A stretch of 64,000 nt of DNA from the human T2T-CHM13v2.0 reference genome, Homo sapiens, in the NCBI RefSeq assembly GCF_009914755.1, contig NC_060929.1; one strand, 5' to 3'. Below the pieces are notes generated by a model. The model worked only from the letters and a program-made list of their open reading frames with translations. It searched no databases and was not told the origin of the DNA. Position numbers and translations under genes: made by a program. This document shows, piece after piece, positions 48,336 to 64,000 of the stretch (position 1 is the first letter of the stretch; the number at the start of each line of letters is the position of its first letter).

Positions 48336-50010
48336 TAACCATTTTGAAGAATTAAAATTTCCTTTTCCATAGTCTGAATTCAAAAGACTAAAGAAGAAAT
48401 TAAAAAGCAACTAAGAGAAGTAGGCTAATAATGAGTAATATTTTAAGTATCTACATTTAGGTCTTTAAAAAAAACCCATCAGACTAAACTTTCTATTTTT
48501 CCCATATTCTCTGTATCTTTTCTTTTGAATTCCATTCCCCATCTCCAAACTTAAGTAAGTAACTTCACTTCAGAACTACATAAGGAGATAGAAAGCTTAA
48601 TTTTAATAGTGTACATCAATATGTCAATTATCCTTAAACTGTTAAAAAACAAAAACAAACCTCCAATGTAATACTCAAACACACAACTTATGGGATGAAA
48701 TGACCAACAACTGAAATCTTTAAGGACACTGGACATTTAAACTTTTAAGCTTAAACAAATGAAAAAGCTTAGGCCAAAATGGAATAGGGTGTGACCAGGC
48801 TCACTCAGATGCCTTCAAAGGCTGATCAAATGCCAAATATACTACTTAAGATCCTGAATGTCAGAGAATTAACGTAATAGACTGAGACTCACAATGACAT
48901 GAAAATATGCTGAAGTTACTGGAAACATAGAAAGGGACAAAATTGGCCCATGGATTTTGAGCATCGCATTGCTCTACAGTTTCTCAGTTTCTCTTGAGAT
49001 AAATTTATAAAAATAATTGGCAGAAAAGAGGAATGTGAAAAAAATTTAATAGCTTGTCTTTGTAACACATATGATAGGTCACATTTTGATACTTTCCCAT
49101 GTCTGGATTTTAAGAGATTAGTTATATGGTGATAACATTTTGAAAAGAACTCAATGTAAAATTGCAAAAGTCTTAGAACAAAAACTATCACTCTAGATTC
49201 CTTGTGCTTCTTATTTGGTTGCCAATACCCTACACCTCTTCAAGGGACTAGTAGTGAGTATCACCTTTAAGATTCAAATGTTCAGGCAGACACTGACTTT
49301 AAATAATGGAAGTTCAAAAGGCATTATTGCTTTGGAACAAGAAATGCACCTTGAACAAGAAATGCACCTTGGTTTAAACGTTATTTGGGACATGGATTAT
49401 TTATGTATTTTAACTTCCATGTTTATGTAGCTCCACTCTAGTCATTTTTAGAGAAGCTTCATTATAAAGTTTTTCTCTCCAGTTGTAGAGAGTTTGGAAC
49501 ATACAAATTCATTTGCTTATTCTCTTTTGCCTTATCAGTTTCATGTTGGGATGATTAATTAACCAGGAAGATAACAGTTCATCCAATTTCTCAAACAAGA
49601 ATGAAATGCCAATCACACATGTTTTCTCTTGCAGTTTTCAATCAGGCAAAATCTCTACAAAGATTACTTTTGTCGTGATCAACTCAACATCACATAATCA
49701 TCTTGAGCCTTTTGCTCAATCAAGAAACATTTCTGTTCTTACAGATTATAATGTGTGGCTCATTGAGAGCAGGTCTCATTTAAAACCATCATTAAAATGA
49801 ATGGGCTCTCTCCTTGTTAATCCCTTTACAGTGAGTTGTATTGCTGCATTAATCAACAGAAAGAGACTGAAGTATACCTCTATGCCTGTACCCAACACTC
49901 AGAATATAGGATGCCTTACAACAACAGAACTTTAAACTGGGTCAGCAAATTAAAGCCCTGATATTCTATTCCAGAGTATTTCTAAACCATTTTAAAAGTC
50001 TTTAGGTCTT

Positions 50011-50319
<309 letters not shown>

Positions 50320-50780
50320 TTAGATCTTTAGGACAAATATGTAGAAAAGACAGGAGTGTAAATAAATCACTATATTTTATTACATCTAAGACTTTTTTTT
50401 TATGTGCCATTAAGAGAGGGGAAAAATGTCAATTATTATAGTAAGACACCATTAGCTGCAAGTTGAATCCTAATTTCAGAGATGCTAAAATGTGAAAAGA
50501 TGTGTGCTTTAGAATTGATGAAATATGATCATTTCCAGCATTGTGTCAGAACAAAATTCATTGAAGTTCCTGCTTTAAAGAAGTTAATGACTGAAATCTA
50601 TGGATAAATAGGAATCTTTGCTCACTAAAAGAGACATCAAAATTCCTCCCTCTCAGGATGTTTTCTACCTTTTTTCAGCCTAATTTATTCTCATCATATA
50701 AATATATTTCCAAACATGAATACATAATGTTTTTCTCTTTGCACCTGAAGAAAATAATTCTCATTTCTTTCCCTTACTTA

Positions 50781-50948
<168 letters not shown>

Positions 50949-53900
50949 TTACCTTCCATTAAGTTAGGTATGCATAGCTTTCCTCTGTGGGGAATTGACC
51001 TCACTGGATCGCTGCCGTCTTATCTGTTCCACATTGGACTGCTTCTCTAAAATGGAGAGAAGACCTGGTCATTATACTGAAATTTTAGGCAAAGTTATTT
51101 TTCTCATATTTAGAAACGTAACTATTTCAAGTCCAGAAAAGAAACTATTGGTAATCTTAAACAATTTTATTCACATTTGTAAATTCTTCTTCGTGCTTCC
51201 CTTAACAAACAAACAAAACAACAGATTACAATTTCCCAAAATAATATTATCAAATAAAATGTACAAATATGCATTTCAATGCAAAACAATGATTGTATAT
51301 TTATTTAAAAATAGAACAATAGGGACAAATTTACTTTTTGATATTTTGTAGAACAAATCCCATCTATTTAGTTTTTGTTAGGAATACATCACATCCACAC
51401 ATTTCATTTTTTCTTCCGTTTATATATTTATCTCTCTAAAAGCCCATTCATTGTTTAGAAATTAGAGATTGCAGTGGGCCTCTTTTGGACTGTAACCAAC
51501 TAGTCTGTTTATTCGAACAGAGTTGACCCCTGTTGATTATACCACTGTCAAATACATACATACACAGTTCATTCAAATATTAATTTATCTCATTTTAAAA
51601 AATTAGTCTATGTGATATGTTTACCACAGCTAAAAATATTCTCATACAGTTTATAAAATATTAAATATATGTCAATTATTGGCAAAGATATTCACCATAA
51701 CTTGCTCACATTTCACAAAATATAAAGACACACACAAACACACACTCGTATTTGTAAATGTTCCTGATGAACAGATTTTATGTATACTCATTTTCTCTTT
51801 AGTGTCAAGGAAACAAAAGAAGCAGACAGGTATATCAAGATATCAAAGAGAAACACGTCAAACTACAAGACAATGCTAAATGTTTCAGATCATATAGCGG
51901 TAACAGGTTACTCCTGGCAATAGAAATAAAAGCACACACTAAGCTATTCCCCCACTCACCCACCCCATCTCTATAAACAGGTAGGCTAAATTACCCAGAA
52001 AGAGTTGTAAAAGCAGCATTAGCAGTATCCAGGAAACCACAGCTTCACACCTAGCTAATCCCACACAATCCTTCAGTTGTTTTTCTTTTTTTTTTCCCAG
52101 TTGTTTCAAGTAATAATGCCCTAAAAAAACAGTGTGATCACAAATTAGGGAAATATATGTGAAACAGGATCATTCAGTGAAAGAAACTGTCACCTAAAGA
52201 GCTACACACCAAATGCTTCCCCCAAGTTCCCCTAAATCATAGAAATTCTGCAGGTGGGAGTGCCTCCGTTATCATGTTATGCACACCTACCTTTAACTAA
52301 GCCCTTTAAATTTAAAGACTGACAGGGCAAACTATTAAATCCACCAAGCTCATGACACTTAAATCCTGTAGCTTCCATGACAGTGGTGAGCAGTTAGTCT
52401 TTTTTATTGCTTGCACTGACCCAGGGCTCTTGCTGATCACCTTCTGCAACCATTTTTTATGTTTTCCTAAACTTAGGGGTCTTAAACATAGTCAAACAAC
52501 TTACTGGCAAAATGTCCTAGAGTATGTATTGTATTCCTTCCCTCCCAACCCCTAAAATAAGCCAAACAATGAAGTTTATGTGACGACAACAGTTTGGAAT
52601 TTTTTAACTATTAAACTTTAGAATTTTTGAGGGAAGAATGATTCACATCAGGCATAGTTGTGATCCATTCACAGATGTTCCATGATATTCATCGGATATC
52701 TCCCCATTGTGTCATTCCAGTGGGCAGATAACTAGGTCCATGTGGTCCACCTAGACAGATACCTCTACCATTAGTCATAGGAGTCAACTACCAACTCCAA
52801 CAGTGGCTCAGATTATCCATCCATCCTGGTTCAATATTTTGCCTCTATCAGGGACAGCAGGGGATTTTTTTTTATTGGTTAGTGTGATTATTTTTTTTTA
52901 AGTCATTCAAACATGACTATACTTGAAACAAGAACACTGGCATCCAAAACATATCTTGGTTATTTCTCAGGAAGGAATAAACATTCTCAACACTACAAAA
53001 TACAACTGATCTGGTTTTGTTTCAGTGGCAGAAACATTAATTCAGTTTCCTTGACTTGTAGAAACTGAATTAAGTCAAGATAAAATTCTTCTTTCTCTAA
53101 CTTAACCCTAGAAATGTTGTTTGGCTATAATTACATTTGTTTTCAAAAGTAGCCTTTATTGCAAAAGCAGGGCCTCTGCAATTTGAATCATAGATGAGAT
53201 ATGAGTTAGTAGAGCTGTGATTTATATTTCATTTTATGATAAATTCTAACAATGTATGTATCTTGAAAAAAATTTGGTACATAATATTTGTTATCAAAAA
53301 TTTGGAAAATTACACAAAACCACAAGGAAGAAATAAAACTGACCCATAGTCCAATATTTTGTTTCAGACCCCTTTAATTTCAGGGCTATTTTGCTCTTTA
53401 GTGGGATCCAGTAATTAGTTTAAAAATTACATGTATACCCAAACTAAAACTGTCAGCTAAATGTAGTTGGCAGGTCATTCATTCATTTACTCATTCATTC
53501 ATTCATTCAACAGAGATAGTTACTAAACCAAAGCATTGTGTTTATGAGATATAAACACAGTATCTCTTGGGAGATATTGGGCTAAGTGCTAAGAATTATG
53601 AATTGACTTAATTTTGATCATGCCTTCCTTCCATACTTCTTAAAAACTGGGAATCAAGAGTACTTAGGTGTTCATTTTAGCTTCATGATTTCAGAATGCT
53701 ATTTTTTATGAAGTAAAAATTAAAGTCCTTGAATAGACAGCTGAAATTGCTCTATATTTTATGAAGATGCATGTTTTCCTTACATTTGTCTTTTATTAAT
53801 TTTCTTCTAGAATGTTATATTAGACAGTGTGGTATTTCACACTCAAGAATTGACTATATCAGTAATCTATTCCAAATCTTCCTACAACACTGTACTATCT

Positions 53901-56900
53901 TCCTCCAACAGCATACAAAGCTCCTTCCAACTATTACTCCCACACTTGGCAGGTTTACAGATTTTTTTTTCTTTTTAAGTCAGTAGCAACAGGATAACTC
54001 TATAAACCAAGGCATCTAAATGAATGGATTTTTAAACACATACTTTTGAATTAAGGAAAATGCAGCTTTTAACTTTAGAAAGTAGAAAATACAGATCAAC
54101 TGGAAATAATCTAAACTAAGTCCACAAGAGAAATGATTGAGTTTAGATTCTTTTTATATGATCAAGCCTCTTGTACATAACTTCTTTTAAAGTAGTCTGT
54201 AAAACATTGCTAAGATGTTGATTTTAAACCCGGTTGGGAATAATTACATCCAGTTACACGAAACCACGATGCTTTCAAATCTAAAGACTTATAGTTTATA
54301 ACCAAAACATAAAATGTCCACATGACCAGTCAGTGTGTACCTAATCAAAAACAAAATTCTAGTGGCTTAGTGTCCAGATCCCCTGGAAATAAGCAGATGT
54401 TCTGCAGAATTTAATAAAAATACACTAATTGTATTTTATTCTTAAACACCTAAAGTTACTGGCATGCAAACTGTATGTATATGTTTTTTTAATGCAATCC
54501 TTCCTCCATGCTTAAAAAAAGTAATGGCTTCATATTACGAAAGTTAATTATAAGAGATGATATTGCCAATATATATTTACTTTAAACCCTCTACAAAAGG
54601 TATATTCTGTTTAGAGACTTTTAATTTGCTTATCTTTTTATTCTTTGATACTAAAGATTCAAATATGATGGTCCTTACCACAGAAATGTAACCCTCACTT
54701 TTTGTCCGTAAGTTTAAATGTCAGATCCTATATTTAATTTTCTGCCAATAGTTCAAAGTTAAAGATCTATTTTCCCATCAAAGGTTCTTTTATACAATGG
54801 GAAGAAGGCATATTCCACTTGAATCACTGCTCTAGCTACATATCAAGAAATGGCTTTAATGGCATTTTTATACAGTATGTACCAAAGGAAAAGGTGCAAG
54901 AAGCCCATCAAATGGCAAATGAGTCCTGGATGGAAACCATCTGCTGTTCTTACTCTAGGGGGTGGTGATGGTTCAAGTGAGTCCCAGTCTGAGCAAAGAG
55001 TTCAGAGACCATCGCTCTTCTTCATTTCTTCCCTCCATTCCAGTCCCTCTACTCCTCTTATTAGCTGCCCAATGTTCTCATGTGTTCCTATCTTTCTCTT
55101 CTTTCAGAGAATTAAATAATTTTGTAAACTCATTTGTAACATAGTATTTGGCAATATATTGCTTTTCTCAGGGCAATTTACCATCTTAAAAGTAGAAAGA
55201 AGGCACTCAAGGTACAGAAATTACAACTTGAATTTAACTTGAAAGGGTGACATGTGTTAAACCAAGAAGGATGGGTCGGGGGTGGTTAAGGGCAGGAGAA
55301 AGACTTTCTAAGTCTTCTCAACTCTACTCATCAGTCCCATCATTTCAGTGATAGACCATGTAATGGATAAATGGGCATTCTACAACCTCCTGTGAATGAG
55401 TCAACAATAAAAAGAAAGAAATATAAATGTATTCTTGGAATTGATGGGCTAACCAACATCTAAATAATTTAACCTAGTGACATAGCACATCATATCTACC
55501 CAAGAAACAGTTTTCTGAAGAGAAGGAGGTAACATTAAAAAGTCAGAGCTTGTACTAAAAATGTGTCTGGTGGCTAAGGCAACAATTTGCTTAGCCACAG
55601 CATCCATAGTAGCTAGCAACCAAGACAACACTATATAACTACAGTATACAGAGCATATGGCCAGCAATATTAATTTAATTTAAATCTTTAATGCAGATAG
55701 CATCCAAAGAGTGACAAGTGCCAGGAAAAAAAATGTCTCTCCGCTCTGCCTTTCACTGCTGGAATCTGGCTGTTGTGCCGTGTGATTGTTGGCCAGACAC
55801 AAGCATTTGCAGGGCAGAGCAAAGCCCATCTGCCTTGGATCTAACAGCTGGAACCCAGGGTACCAATCAACTCCACTCATATGGTTCCTTCTTCTGAAGA
55901 GCCTCCTGCTAGTTTTTATCTTTCAAAGGCTTCCCTTCTCTTTTCAGTGTCTTTCCTTCTGTCCTTTTCAGTGTATTTCCTTCTGTCCTAAGCAAAACTG
56001 GATGTCCTAAGTAAACAAAGGATGATCAAAAGCAAAATGTAGCTCTAAAAATATTGTATTTTTCTAGAACAACTGTGTTTAGTAATGGTAAGGTAGGGTG
56101 GAACATACGTATACTGAGCTTATCCCTGGAGAGAATTCCTATTACTCCTTAGCTATTAAGAGTAATCTTTTCCATATAAAGTATCTAAGTTTTTAACTAA
56201 TTTAGTTCCTACTATGTCTAATGTATACTTTTTTAGTACTATAAGGGAGAAAGTTACTGAGTAAGACAGTCTTGACCTCAATGAGATTACACTAAAATGG
56301 GGGTGGGGTGGAACAGGGCAAGTACCATTATAATTATATTACATGATGGAAGATATCTAATAAAATAGTGCATTTTCAGGTCTAATATTTTTAGTTTATA
56401 GTTTCCCCATTTTATCTTATTACTGTCTGATTTCTCTTTTCCTGATCCTCACTGATCTGAAGAACTCTTTTCATAGCCAAATTTCATAGCCAAACTCTTT
56501 TCATAGCCAAATGATATTACCTTTCACTTTATCTTGTTCCTTTGTTTTTTCTCATCCCAAATTCTGCCATGTTTAGTTACCTCTTTTTGACTTCTAAGTG
56601 GTTTAGGTAAATGACCTAAGGCAAGTTTTCATTCTTCTTTGTAAAATGAGGTAATCAAATACATAAAGATAATTTAGAATGCTTCTTCCAGATCCAAACT
56701 TCTATAAAAGTTGCCTTCTCTTCTCTTCCTCCACATTTCAATTGTTCAACATTTTTTTCCACCAATTCTCTCTCCCTTATGTGTCTGCTTTTCCTCTGTA
56801 TTCTACAGAGTAAGTCTAGAAAACAGGCATGTTTCTTTTCATTTGGTTTTGCAGTCTTGTTTCAAGTGCCTAAGTTTGTACCAGTGCGAGGTACATGTCA

Positions 56901-57000
56901 AAGGGGTTACACATGTCAAGAGGCAGAATACTAACTAGAAATAGGAAATTGTGAAAGGCAAGTTTCCTAATATAAAGAATTAAATCATGCTGGTATACCC

Positions 57001-57158
57001 AGCATGGGTGTACATGCTCACACCTGTAATCTCAGCAACTCGGGAGGCTGAGGCAGGAGGATCACTTGAGGCCAGGAGTTCTAGGCTGCAGTGGGCTATT
57101 ACTGTGCAACTGCACTCCAGCCTGGGCAACATAGAAAGACCTGTCTCTAGAAAAAAGA
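57001..57158 (+). mobile_element. Alu monomer fragment
   Basis: Single diverged arm. Confidence 0.8.
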
Positions 57159-60100
57159 AAGGATTAGTTATATTATACTAGAAAGTCATCTCCATGACCT
57201 TAAGTAAGAGCTTGTTTTTGGTATTTTATTTAAATTTTAGAGGAATATTGTTGAGAGTACAAAGGCCTTGAGCTTCTTCCACACAGTGTAATGTATTTAT
57301 CATCAATAGACAGGCTTTTCTTTTAAACATATATAAAATCCCTTTCTAGGAACCAAATCTTGAAATATTTCAAATTTGAGTTAAAATAAGGATATAATCA
57401 TATACAAACTGTATAGCTTTTAAACTAAAAATCTTCATTTTCTTCAACTAAAGATGGAAATAGTAATATCATAAGTTCCCACAAAATCAGGATGATCATG
57501 CTTACCATAATAAAAGGCTTTATTTTTAAAAGGCTTTGTTTTTTCCAAAAGTATTTTATGCATTCAAACATGTAAAGATGAATAATGTTATGACTGTTAA
57601 AAATACTATTTTGGAAAGAATTTTTGTGAAGTGAAACATGACCTGTGATATATAGATCATTAATACAATAGGAATGCACTCAAACTGTGGTTTCAGATTC
57701 ACCCAAGTTTTTCAGTGACTGAATATGTATCCAAACCCTGCTCGTGTTAGGGAAGAATATAATCACTAAAGCAACACAAATGATGAAAGAGGACTGATGA
57801 AATGATGAAACAGTACTAGGAGAATATTTTGGCTTAGCAGAGATTTCTTGCCTTCAGTTATAAATCTTCACATTAGAGAAAATGCAATCCACAACATGCA
57901 GAAGTAAACAGCAAAACATGTCAAGATTATCAAAATAACTCTTCATATGTAAGACTTTAAGCTTAAGTTATATTGAAAATATGCAGGATAATTCAAAGAA
58001 TTTTTGTAAAAGTAGTTATATAGGAGAAGCCATATGCTTAAGGAAAAAAGATAAATGAAAATTATTATAGATAAATAAATGAACACACATATTAGCTTCC
58101 AGAAGTGTGAACCAACCACGAACATGAGTTTATATAGAAGAGATACTCTGCAATCTCAAGAGTCAAGTTATATAAGAACTAACCCAGTAAGGTTAATGAT
58201 TACAGAGCCTAGGATCTTGGGGGCTGTGATGTTCACAGGTGCCCTGTTATGATGCTGGGTACAGCTAATCCCAGGTTAAAGGACACTCTTCCTTCACAAC
58301 ATTGAAAGTGACCTGAGAGGAGGGAATTGTGGGAGAGAGTGAATAGGGGGATGTCATGGTTAATGCAGTGACAGACCATTGTCTAGTCCGATAAATATAT
58401 TATTTTTCAAAGACCAAAGTGAAAACTAGGGAATAATGATCAACAAAGCTGAATGCAAACCTTTGTTCTTCCTAAACTCAAGTCATTTTTTTATAGGGGA
58501 TTTGTATTATTTTAAAAATCTCAGTGATAGGTTTTATATCTACGTTTGATATATACAGGACTCAAATGTAAAAGGACCTTCATGATTTCAAAAAATAATA
58601 GTACATTGTACAACCCCACACAGAAACTATCTTTCACAGGGAATTTTTCTTTAAAACTAACTATATAATTATGTTTCTTCAGAGGGAAATGAATGGCATT
58701 GAATAAAGTGCTTTTAACTATTCAAACTAAAGTTTCCCTCTGTAATCTTTTATTTAACTCTGAAAATAACTTCTGGATTGGTAACTCCTAAGTGAAAGAT
58801 AAGCACATTTAGTTATAAGATTCAACCTTTTTTATGTCTTTCGCACTTAATTTCAATCAAGTCTATTTTGAATCTTGAAAAAAAAAAACAACAACTGGAC
58901 TTTGTTTTCCTATGCTCCATTTGGGGCTCCTCTGCTTTGAGTTTCTGTGAAAGTTACAGTGAATGTGTCCTTTATAAGCTGCAATACAAGTGTTAGTCAT
59001 TATTTTTGTTATTACGTCCGTAAAACATAAGTCTCAGAACCCTTGTTTGTTTGAAGCACATTCTGTTAGTTCACTAATAATGTGAATTAACCTCTTAGTG
59101 ATATTAAATGTGTTAGACATCTTAGAATTGACAAAAAATTAAAAGGACATCTCTGAAAATGTAAAGCATTTGTCTCTGTTTTATCTGGTACTTTGAGAAC
59201 TGTTCTCTTTTAGTCAGCTATTAGTACTGGCCTAAAGACTGTACTACATATTTTCTAATAATTACTTTTTTAAATAATTTAAAAACTGTCATTTTAGAAT
59301 GGACTTACTATACTTTTAAGTCAACATTATGCTTTGTTGTATCATTCCTGAAATATATAACATGAACAAACAACATTTCCATAGAAACAATGTAGAAATA
59401 CCCAACTTTTTAAAGGGGCCAAGGCATGACAGATTCGTTAAAAGTAATCTGAAAATTGTGTTATTAATAAATGCAATAGTATAGGTTATCACATAAACTT
59501 GTTAGCTGTCAGGAAAGAAGTTGCTAGCAATTTCTCCTTTAAATATATAGTTCCTTCTTTCCTTCATTTCTTTTTTTCCTTTGCTTTAATCACCCACTAT
59601 TCTTACCCCAAACTAACAGAGACAGAGGAAGGAAACATATTCAGGAGGATGCATCGGAAGGAATATAGATATGAGAAATTTACATATTATTCAAAACCTC
59701 TAGTCTCTTAGCTAGAAGTACAGAAGAGTCTCCAGTTTTAAATTCTGAACATCACCAGGGCCCTGAATAATGAGCAGCTTATATGCATTTATTTTCTCTT
59801 CTGAAATGAAATTCAACATCTAGTAAAAGGAAGTTAGGTGACATTTTTAATCCAACTTTAATGATACTCATTTTACAAATCAGGGGTTCTCAAACTTTTT
59901 CAGTTCACAGTATCCTTAGTATCTCTAATTTTAAAAATAACATCCCCAAGACAGAAAAAAAAAGACTAAGAATTTTACTTGTAGTTAGTTCCAAATAACT
60001 TCTTTGTAATGATTTGTATGCTGTAAGATCAATATCGCTATGTTTCCCCTGAAAATGTACAATGTTCTGCAGTGCCCTTGGGCACCTTTGTACAGTTTGA

Positions 60101-60213
60101 AAAACGTGGTCCCACATCAGGAAAATTCAAAATAGTAGTTGGAAATCATATAAATGGTCTTAAAAATCTCAAAGAGTAGAAACCAGCCACAACATGTATA
60201 AGAATCCAGATGA

Positions 60214-60647
<434 letters not shown>

Positions 60648-62002
60648 TCATACATTAGGCTTAAAATGACATTCAGGGAAGAAAAAGTATAATAAAAGAA
60701 GCATCAAACATACAAATAAAATTAGACTATGTAAATGTAAATGTAAAAGTAATGATAGCATTTTAAATAGTCAATGATGATTGATCAGAAACATTCCTGT
60801 ATAATCATTTAGTATATGTAAAATAAAATCTGTGCTCTTTGATCTTCAAACAAAACAAAAAATATCTCTAACAGTAAACTGTCTCCTTCCTAACTCCTCA
60901 GTAATCTAAGCATAGCTTTATCTCTTCCCCCAAAGAACTGCAAAGCAATGTTTGGCAGAGAGATGCTTTTGTGTATTAGCAGAAACTTTGGTACACAATT
61001 TTGCACTTCTATTCAAAGAAGAAGAAAGAAAAATCTAGGAAAAAAAATTGGAGAAAGTTATCAGGAGTGTCAATAGAGCCAATGGCAGGACAGACTGTAT
61101 ATTTAGAGCATAAATATAAAATTATAATAAATATAAAATATCGTATGTATTTCTGACATTTCTTTGTACTGCAAATAAACTATTCTTAAGGTTTATTTTC
61201 TAACAGAACAGGTACAAAGTTAAATACAACACTATAGCATCAATTATCAGTTAATGGGCTTTGGAAGGTTTCACTTTAAAGCCTAAGCATTGTATAATAT
61301 TAAATAAGAGGAGGGGATGGGAGTGAAATGAGAATGGTATGAACAGAGGGAAATGAGAACACACCCAGAAAAGTAGGGTAGAAAATTATCATGAATATTG
61401 CTGCATTCTGCAAAGATTCATTCTCTTAAAGAAAGTAACTTCCTAAAAAATGAAGGTCTTCTCTGATTAGAACTGTAATTTAAAAGAAAACAAATTGTAT
61501 CAGTGTTCATAATAACTGAGTTCAAACAGGGGCCATATGCCTCTTCTGTTCTGACTTGTGCATCTAAATTAAAGTTGGTTGAATACCCGACCATCTACTC
61601 ATTTTAGCTCTGTATCAGATAAACTTGAAATCAGAATAAAGAGCTTTGGGAAATCTGTTTAGCACAATTTCAGTCAGTTTTAAAAGCATTTATTACATTA
61701 ATTGGATGTTTATAAATGATCCACCAAGTGAAGGAAAACTGTAAATATATAGGCATGCCCAAGGCCAATGGCCATATTAAACAAAATTATGAAATTAAGT
61801 GGCATGCTATTCCTTCTTTCATTCCCTTCTCTGATGCTCCTCTCTACTTTCCCATCCCAGATACTCATTCCTAAGTCTCATAACCTTAGAATTCAACTAG
61901 TAGCCACTTAAAAACAGAGATCTGTGTTAGTAATGCTCCCAGAGGTACTTGCATCTGAATGTTAATTTTTTGAAGACTAAAACTTTTAATCAGTTTCAAA
62001 AG

Positions 62003-62180
62003 CAGTACTTCTCAACCGGGGCTGTATGTTAGAATTACCTATGGAACTTTTCAAAGCCTGATGTCCAGGCCACACCCCCAGCCAATTAAAGAAGACTCTC
62101 TGGGGGTGGGGACAAAGTATCATCATTGTTTAAAGTTCTCCTTGGGTATTCTATTGTGCAGCCAAAGTTAAGAACCATTG
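62003..62180. mobile_element. MER5-type hAT relic (a second copy lies at ~62640-62810)
   Basis: cagtacttctcaa...ttaagaaccattg TIR-like ends. Confidence 0.65.
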
Positions 62181-63930
62181 CTCTATGGAAGGCATTTGAA
62201 AAAATGAAATTTCAAGCTAGTGAAGGAGATCTTTATGGGTGGGGATATATCATGTTTCCCTACTGAGGCAGCCAACTGGTGAAAAAGCTCTTTTTATTAC
62301 AAAAGAACACCTCATTACTAAATTAAAAAGGTCACTAGAGACTAAGTTGCTAGGTCTTGATTTCAGCAAATTACTTGAATTCTACCTATAAATTATGACT
62401 AGTAATTTCATTGCCTATCTTATGGAGCTACTGAAGATGATCAAATGAAATATAGTACCAGAAAATGTTTTAAACTTTACAATTTTATTATTGCATAGCT
62501 GAGCAGTAGAACCACCTGTCACCAAAAAGATTAGTGATACTATGGTTACAACTATAATATAGATTATTACCTAAAAGACTTGTCACTCTGTTTAGTGGGC
62601 ATTTACTTTAGGAAATCTAAGTGTCTACCCCAGAGCCCCGAAGTACAGTTCCTGAGCCAGTGGCACCAGCAACACCTGGAAACTTAGAAATGTAAATTCT
62701 TAAAGCCTCCCCTAGACTACTGAATCAGAAATTGTTGGTAGAACATTGCAATCTGTGTCTTAACAAGCCCTTCAGGTAACTCTGATGTGTGCTTAAATTT
62801 GAGAACCACATATCTAGCCAAACATCGTAAAAAGAGAATATGTATGAATAAAATCAAAGGATGAATATACAGTATTTGTTATTTGAAACTTTAGAAGTCA
62901 CAGTGCATAGGTATACTGGCATAAATTACCACTTTTAAAAATCTCCTACAGCTTTGTATTTTAAAACAATACAACTTTCCCTACCCAGACAAGATTCATT
63001 AATTAGCAACTGATTATAATCACTAATCCAATGGTAGCATATAAATTCGGGAGTCAGTAAATTATAAAGTATAAATATGTTTGGGTAAGGAATACAGAAA
63101 CAAATTCTAGTAGCAATGGTTCTGGAAATAGCCATGTTTTTGGGCTTGGATTTCTCTCTGAGGAAGAGTTACAGCAGTATCTCAAAAATCACACATATAC
63201 TGAAGACAACACCCCATAGCATCTCAATGTTCCTTATGAGGCAAAGGAAGTGTTTCATTACTGACTCAGAGAAAAGACCATTACTTGGACTGAATCACCA
63301 ATGTTTCCTGTAGCATTAGATTTGTCACTGGATCTGCTAAGCAACAGAAAAAGTCTCAAGCTTCTTATCTTAAAAGATCTCATAAGAGAAAGCTATCATT
63401 ATTGCTCCCAAACTCAATTAAAGCCCAAAGGTCTGGATATTAATAAAACATATGCAGGAAAATAACAAGTGAGAACACTGAAGGATCTTGTGAGACTGCC
63501 ACCGAAAGTTCTTTGAGATCTTTCTTGTTTTCTCTTTGCCACTTAAAAGAATTTTGACAGCCTCAAGACACCCAGCACCTCCTTGGAGAGATGAACATGG
63601 AGTATCTCAGTTAAGAACTGACTTTATCCCTTTTTCCCACCTAGCACTGCTGGGCCTGCAGGTCTCTGTCAAGTGGCAGACAATAAATAAATAAAAAACA
63701 CACACCCAAATACAGGTTGATAGCTCACATAACAAACAGAGATACCATTTGTCAGATTGCTTATGCCCATATGTAAGGGGATATGATAGTTTGCACAGCA
63801 TACGCACATGAACTGCCAAAATATGGTGTGAAGATTGGCCTGACAAATGATGCTGCAGCGTACTATATTGGCCTGCTGCTGGCCCACAGGCTTTTCAATA
63901 GGTTTGGCATGGATAAGATCTATGAAGGCC

Positions 63931-64000
63931 GGCCGGGCGCGGTGGCTCACGCCTGTAATCCCAGCACTTTGGAAGGCCGAGACGGGCGGATCACGAGGTC
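63931..64000 (+). mobile_element. Young Alu (AluY-like), cut by the window edge
   Basis: ggccgggcgcggtggctcacgcc with CpGs retained. Confidence 0.88.

Noticed and set aside
49333-49371. Short tandem duplications (gaacaagaaatgcacctt x2; others near 55940 and 56465)
   Set aside because: Ordinary slippage duplications; no repeat-spacer structure, so not CRISPR-like.

Overview
Primate (almost certainly human) genomic DNA with the 3' end of ADAMTS6 on the minus strand. Five coding exons were found (130, 205, 177 and 157 nt, plus 110 coding nt in the last exon). They splice in frame through GT/AG sites to encode the C-terminal thrombospondin type-1 repeats and the PLAC domain, followed by a ~3.1 kb 3'UTR. 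The introns hold a full-length L1PA2-like LINE-1, a 5.5 kb Harlequin/HERV-E (LTR2)-type ERV copy, about 15 Alus, and old DNA transposon, MIR and L2 relics. No CRISPR array, RNA gene or wholly new gene system is supported. The best leads are: (1) the L1 has a mutated YY1 site and an intact ORF0 whose one remaining internal donor is in frame with the ADAMTS6 PLAC exon; (2) L1 ORF2 is one nonsense change from full length; (3) the ERV is not a provirus but an L1-retroposed RNA copy with a 17-bp TSD; (4) a possible Alu-Alu structural polymorphism in the 3.7 kb intron. Repeat subfamily names and exon numbers are recalled from known consensus sequences, not computed.
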